From a virus, in IMG/VR virus record IMGVR_UViG_3300002925_000022, positions 1-26,080 of that record: DNA of 26,080 nt, one strand, 5' to 3'. A model generated the notes under the pieces. It was not told the DNA's origin. It made no database searches and worked only from the letters and a program-made list of their open reading frames with translations. Both the position numbers and the translations under genes were made by a program. Of this stretch, positions 24,518 through 26,080 are shown piece by piece; position 1 is the stretch's first letter; every line of letters starts with the position of its first letter.

Positions 24518-26080
24518 TTAGAAACGAACCATGGCTGCAACAAACTGTTGGAAAAGGATTGTATCCTTCAAGGCATGACGATTGCTATCTCCAAGATAGA
24601 TATCGGCAAACTGGTATTCCATCTTCGGTCGTTCAAGCATGTGAGATTCAATGACAAAGTTGGTCCCGAGGAACTTTGTCTTCCTTGGGAGCAACTGAGC
24701 AATGAATTGACCGATATTCGTGTCAAACCACTTGTAGAAGTCAAAGAAACTCTTCAGGTTTATTCGATCTACAAGTCGGTTGAAGTAGATGCTACGAAGG
24801 TTATCCAAGTCTGGATAGTCTGGAGAGAAGATCAGTTCAGGATTCCCAATCACATTGTCCAGGATGTCAAGAGTAGCAAATATGTTAATGATGTCCTGGT
24901 CCAACGCATCTACGATTGAGAAATCGACAGTGAATTTTGTGTTATCCTGAGGGGCTTCTGAAGGATCCAAAGAGTACACAGGAGCCACTTGGGCGTAGGA
25001 ACTACTCAAAATATTTTCGTAATTTTGGAAGCTTCGCACTCTTACTTTGTCTGTTGTGGCCCCAACGTCAAACTTTGGTGAGAGTAGACTGTACTGGAAT
25101 AGCTGTGGCACAATCACCGAACTGGTAGCTGGGAAGAACCCTGACCAATGAAGGTTGTTCTGGGAGAAGTCAGTAAGCTGTAGGAATCCTGAAGTATTAG
25201 AGACAAGTTCCACCTGATCCGAACTTACATCCATTCGCAATCGTTCAAAAGAACCCGTCTTCTTGGTGACAAAATTGAAGTTGGTCAAAGGGTTTTCGAC
25301 CCCCAGGGACTTGAAGTTCCTGACGTGTTCCGTCCATTCAGCCAATGTTAATGCTTTAGACCAGAAACGGAAGTGGCCTGCTCTTCCATCGTAAGCCGTG
25401 GAACGATAGAAGGAAGAAATGCTACCGGTATTCAGGTAGGCAGAACCAGTGGAAATGGTTTCCTTTCCAATCGCAATAAAAGAACCTGAGGCATTCCCCG
25501 AAGAATTCTTGTTGCTCCAAATAATATCGTTGACACCAGCGACAGTCTCATTATAGAAAGCAGAAGTAACCTGTATGCTTGTGATTTCACCAAAACTCTG
25601 TTTGGCAGCTCGCAAGAAATATGAACTTGATACCGAAGAGGCAAGTTCGTCTGCTCGTTGCCTTCCAAAAGATACATGCCACACCGACCCGTCGAACACA
25701 TTGACTGGAAGGCTCATGGTCAAAACAGTGATTGATCCAGTTGTTGGAGCCGCAACGAAGGTGAGTTCTCCGTTTTGGGTGGCCAAAAGGTTTGCAATCA
25801 GGGTGCTCCCGCTAATGGCACTTCCGGTAGTTTGCATCCTGGCAAGGCTTTGCGTAGTACTCGTCAAAGAGGAAGTCGTTGGGAAACGGTAAACGCCCTC
25901 AAAAGTCCAAGAACCAGAAGTGAACAAGCCATCTCGGGGTACAGTGGAAATACCGTTGATGAACGTGGTTCCTGGTGCCACCAAAGGGAAACCGCTTTCA
26001 GTTTCCAGGCGAGAACCGGAGAGGTAAGGAGATTGCACCCTTGCACTTCCAGAAAAGTCAATGAGTGTGCTTGACTCGCT
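24518..26080 (-). CDS. C-terminal part of a large virion/baseplate protein with a LamG-like domain (5' end lies beyond the window)
   Basis: The frame stays open to the window edge (SESSTLIDFSGSARVQSP...). SGSWTFEG...WHVSFGR...HFRFWSKAL; C-terminal QLLPRKTKFLG..FVIESHMLERPK. Confidence 0.75.
   Translation of the reverse strand, partial: SESSTLIDFSGSARVQSPYLSGSRLETESGFPLVAPGTTFINGISTVPRDGLFTSGSWTFEGVYRFPTTSSLTSTTQSLARMQTTGSAISGSTLIANLLATQNGELTFVAAPTTGSITVLTMSLPVNVFDGSVWHVSFGRQRADELASSVSSSYFLRAAKQSFGEITSIQVTSAFYNETVAGVNDIIWSNKNSSGNASGSFIAIGKETISTGSAYLNTGSISSFYRSTAYDGRAGHFRFWSKALTLAEWTEHVRNFKSLGVENPLTNFNFVTKKTGSFERLRMDVSSDQVELVSNTSGFLQLTDFSQNNLHWSGFFPATSSVIVPQLFQYSLLSPKFDVGATTDKVRVRSFQNYENILSSSYAQVAPVYSLDPSEAPQDNTKFTVDFSIVDALDQDIINIFATLDILDNVIGNPELIFSPDYPDLDNLRSIYFNRLVDRINLKSFFDFYKWFDTNIGQFIAQLLPRKTKFLGTNFVIESHMLERPKMEYQFADIYLGDSNRHALKDTILFQQFVAAMVRF

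Larger units (their letters stand above)
1..26080. mobile_element. Segment of a large tailed bacteriophage genome (tail/baseplate structural block plus accessory and possible origin region)
   Basis: Dense co-oriented large ORFs with LamG, FN3-like and tail-collar-like motifs. Prokaryotic SD sites, TAATG stop/start overlaps, a homing endonuclease remnant, and no housekeeping genes. Confidence 0.85.

Noticed and set aside
5505-26080. Numerous plus-strand ORFs of 60-176 aa (for example 23653..24183, 24491..24919, 7874..8254)
   Set aside because: They are antisense shadows of long minus-strand genes, with no recognisable motifs.
1-26080. Stop-codon reassignment as seen in some large phages
   Set aside because: Genes tile densely under the standard code, and TAG (20801-20803) and TGA (609-611) act as real stops.
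1-26080. tRNA, rRNA, diversity-generating retroelement repeats, inteins
   Set aside because: I recognised no cloverleaf, template/variable repeat pair, reverse transcriptase or intein splice motifs by eye; dedicated scans were not run.

Overview
This window looks like part of a large tailed bacteriophage genome using the standard genetic code, judged from Shine-Dalgarno sites, GTG starts and TAATG coupling. From 5505 to the right edge is a co-oriented minus-strand block of large probable virion genes: LamG/ConA-like proteins, FN3-like proteins, and paralogues carrying halves of a P2 gpH-type tail-collar/baseplate-attachment motif. One homing-endonuclease remnant sits within it. The left 5.5 kb holds the 5' end of a type III Mod-like DNA methyltransferase, several small proteins sharing an N-terminal amphipathic motif, a membrane HExxH metallopeptidase, and other hypotheticals. 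Two unusual non-coding elements lie close together: a ~175-nt imperfect hairpin with twofold-symmetric internal loops (4129-4303), and a C-free GTTAAG(A) array between purine tracts at a local GC-skew switch (4859-5114), which is a candidate replication origin. A TAYTTA late-promoter-like motif recurs, and [ST]-G-S tripeptides are strongly enriched in a subset of virion proteins. All family assignments come from recognising motifs by eye; no database searches were run.
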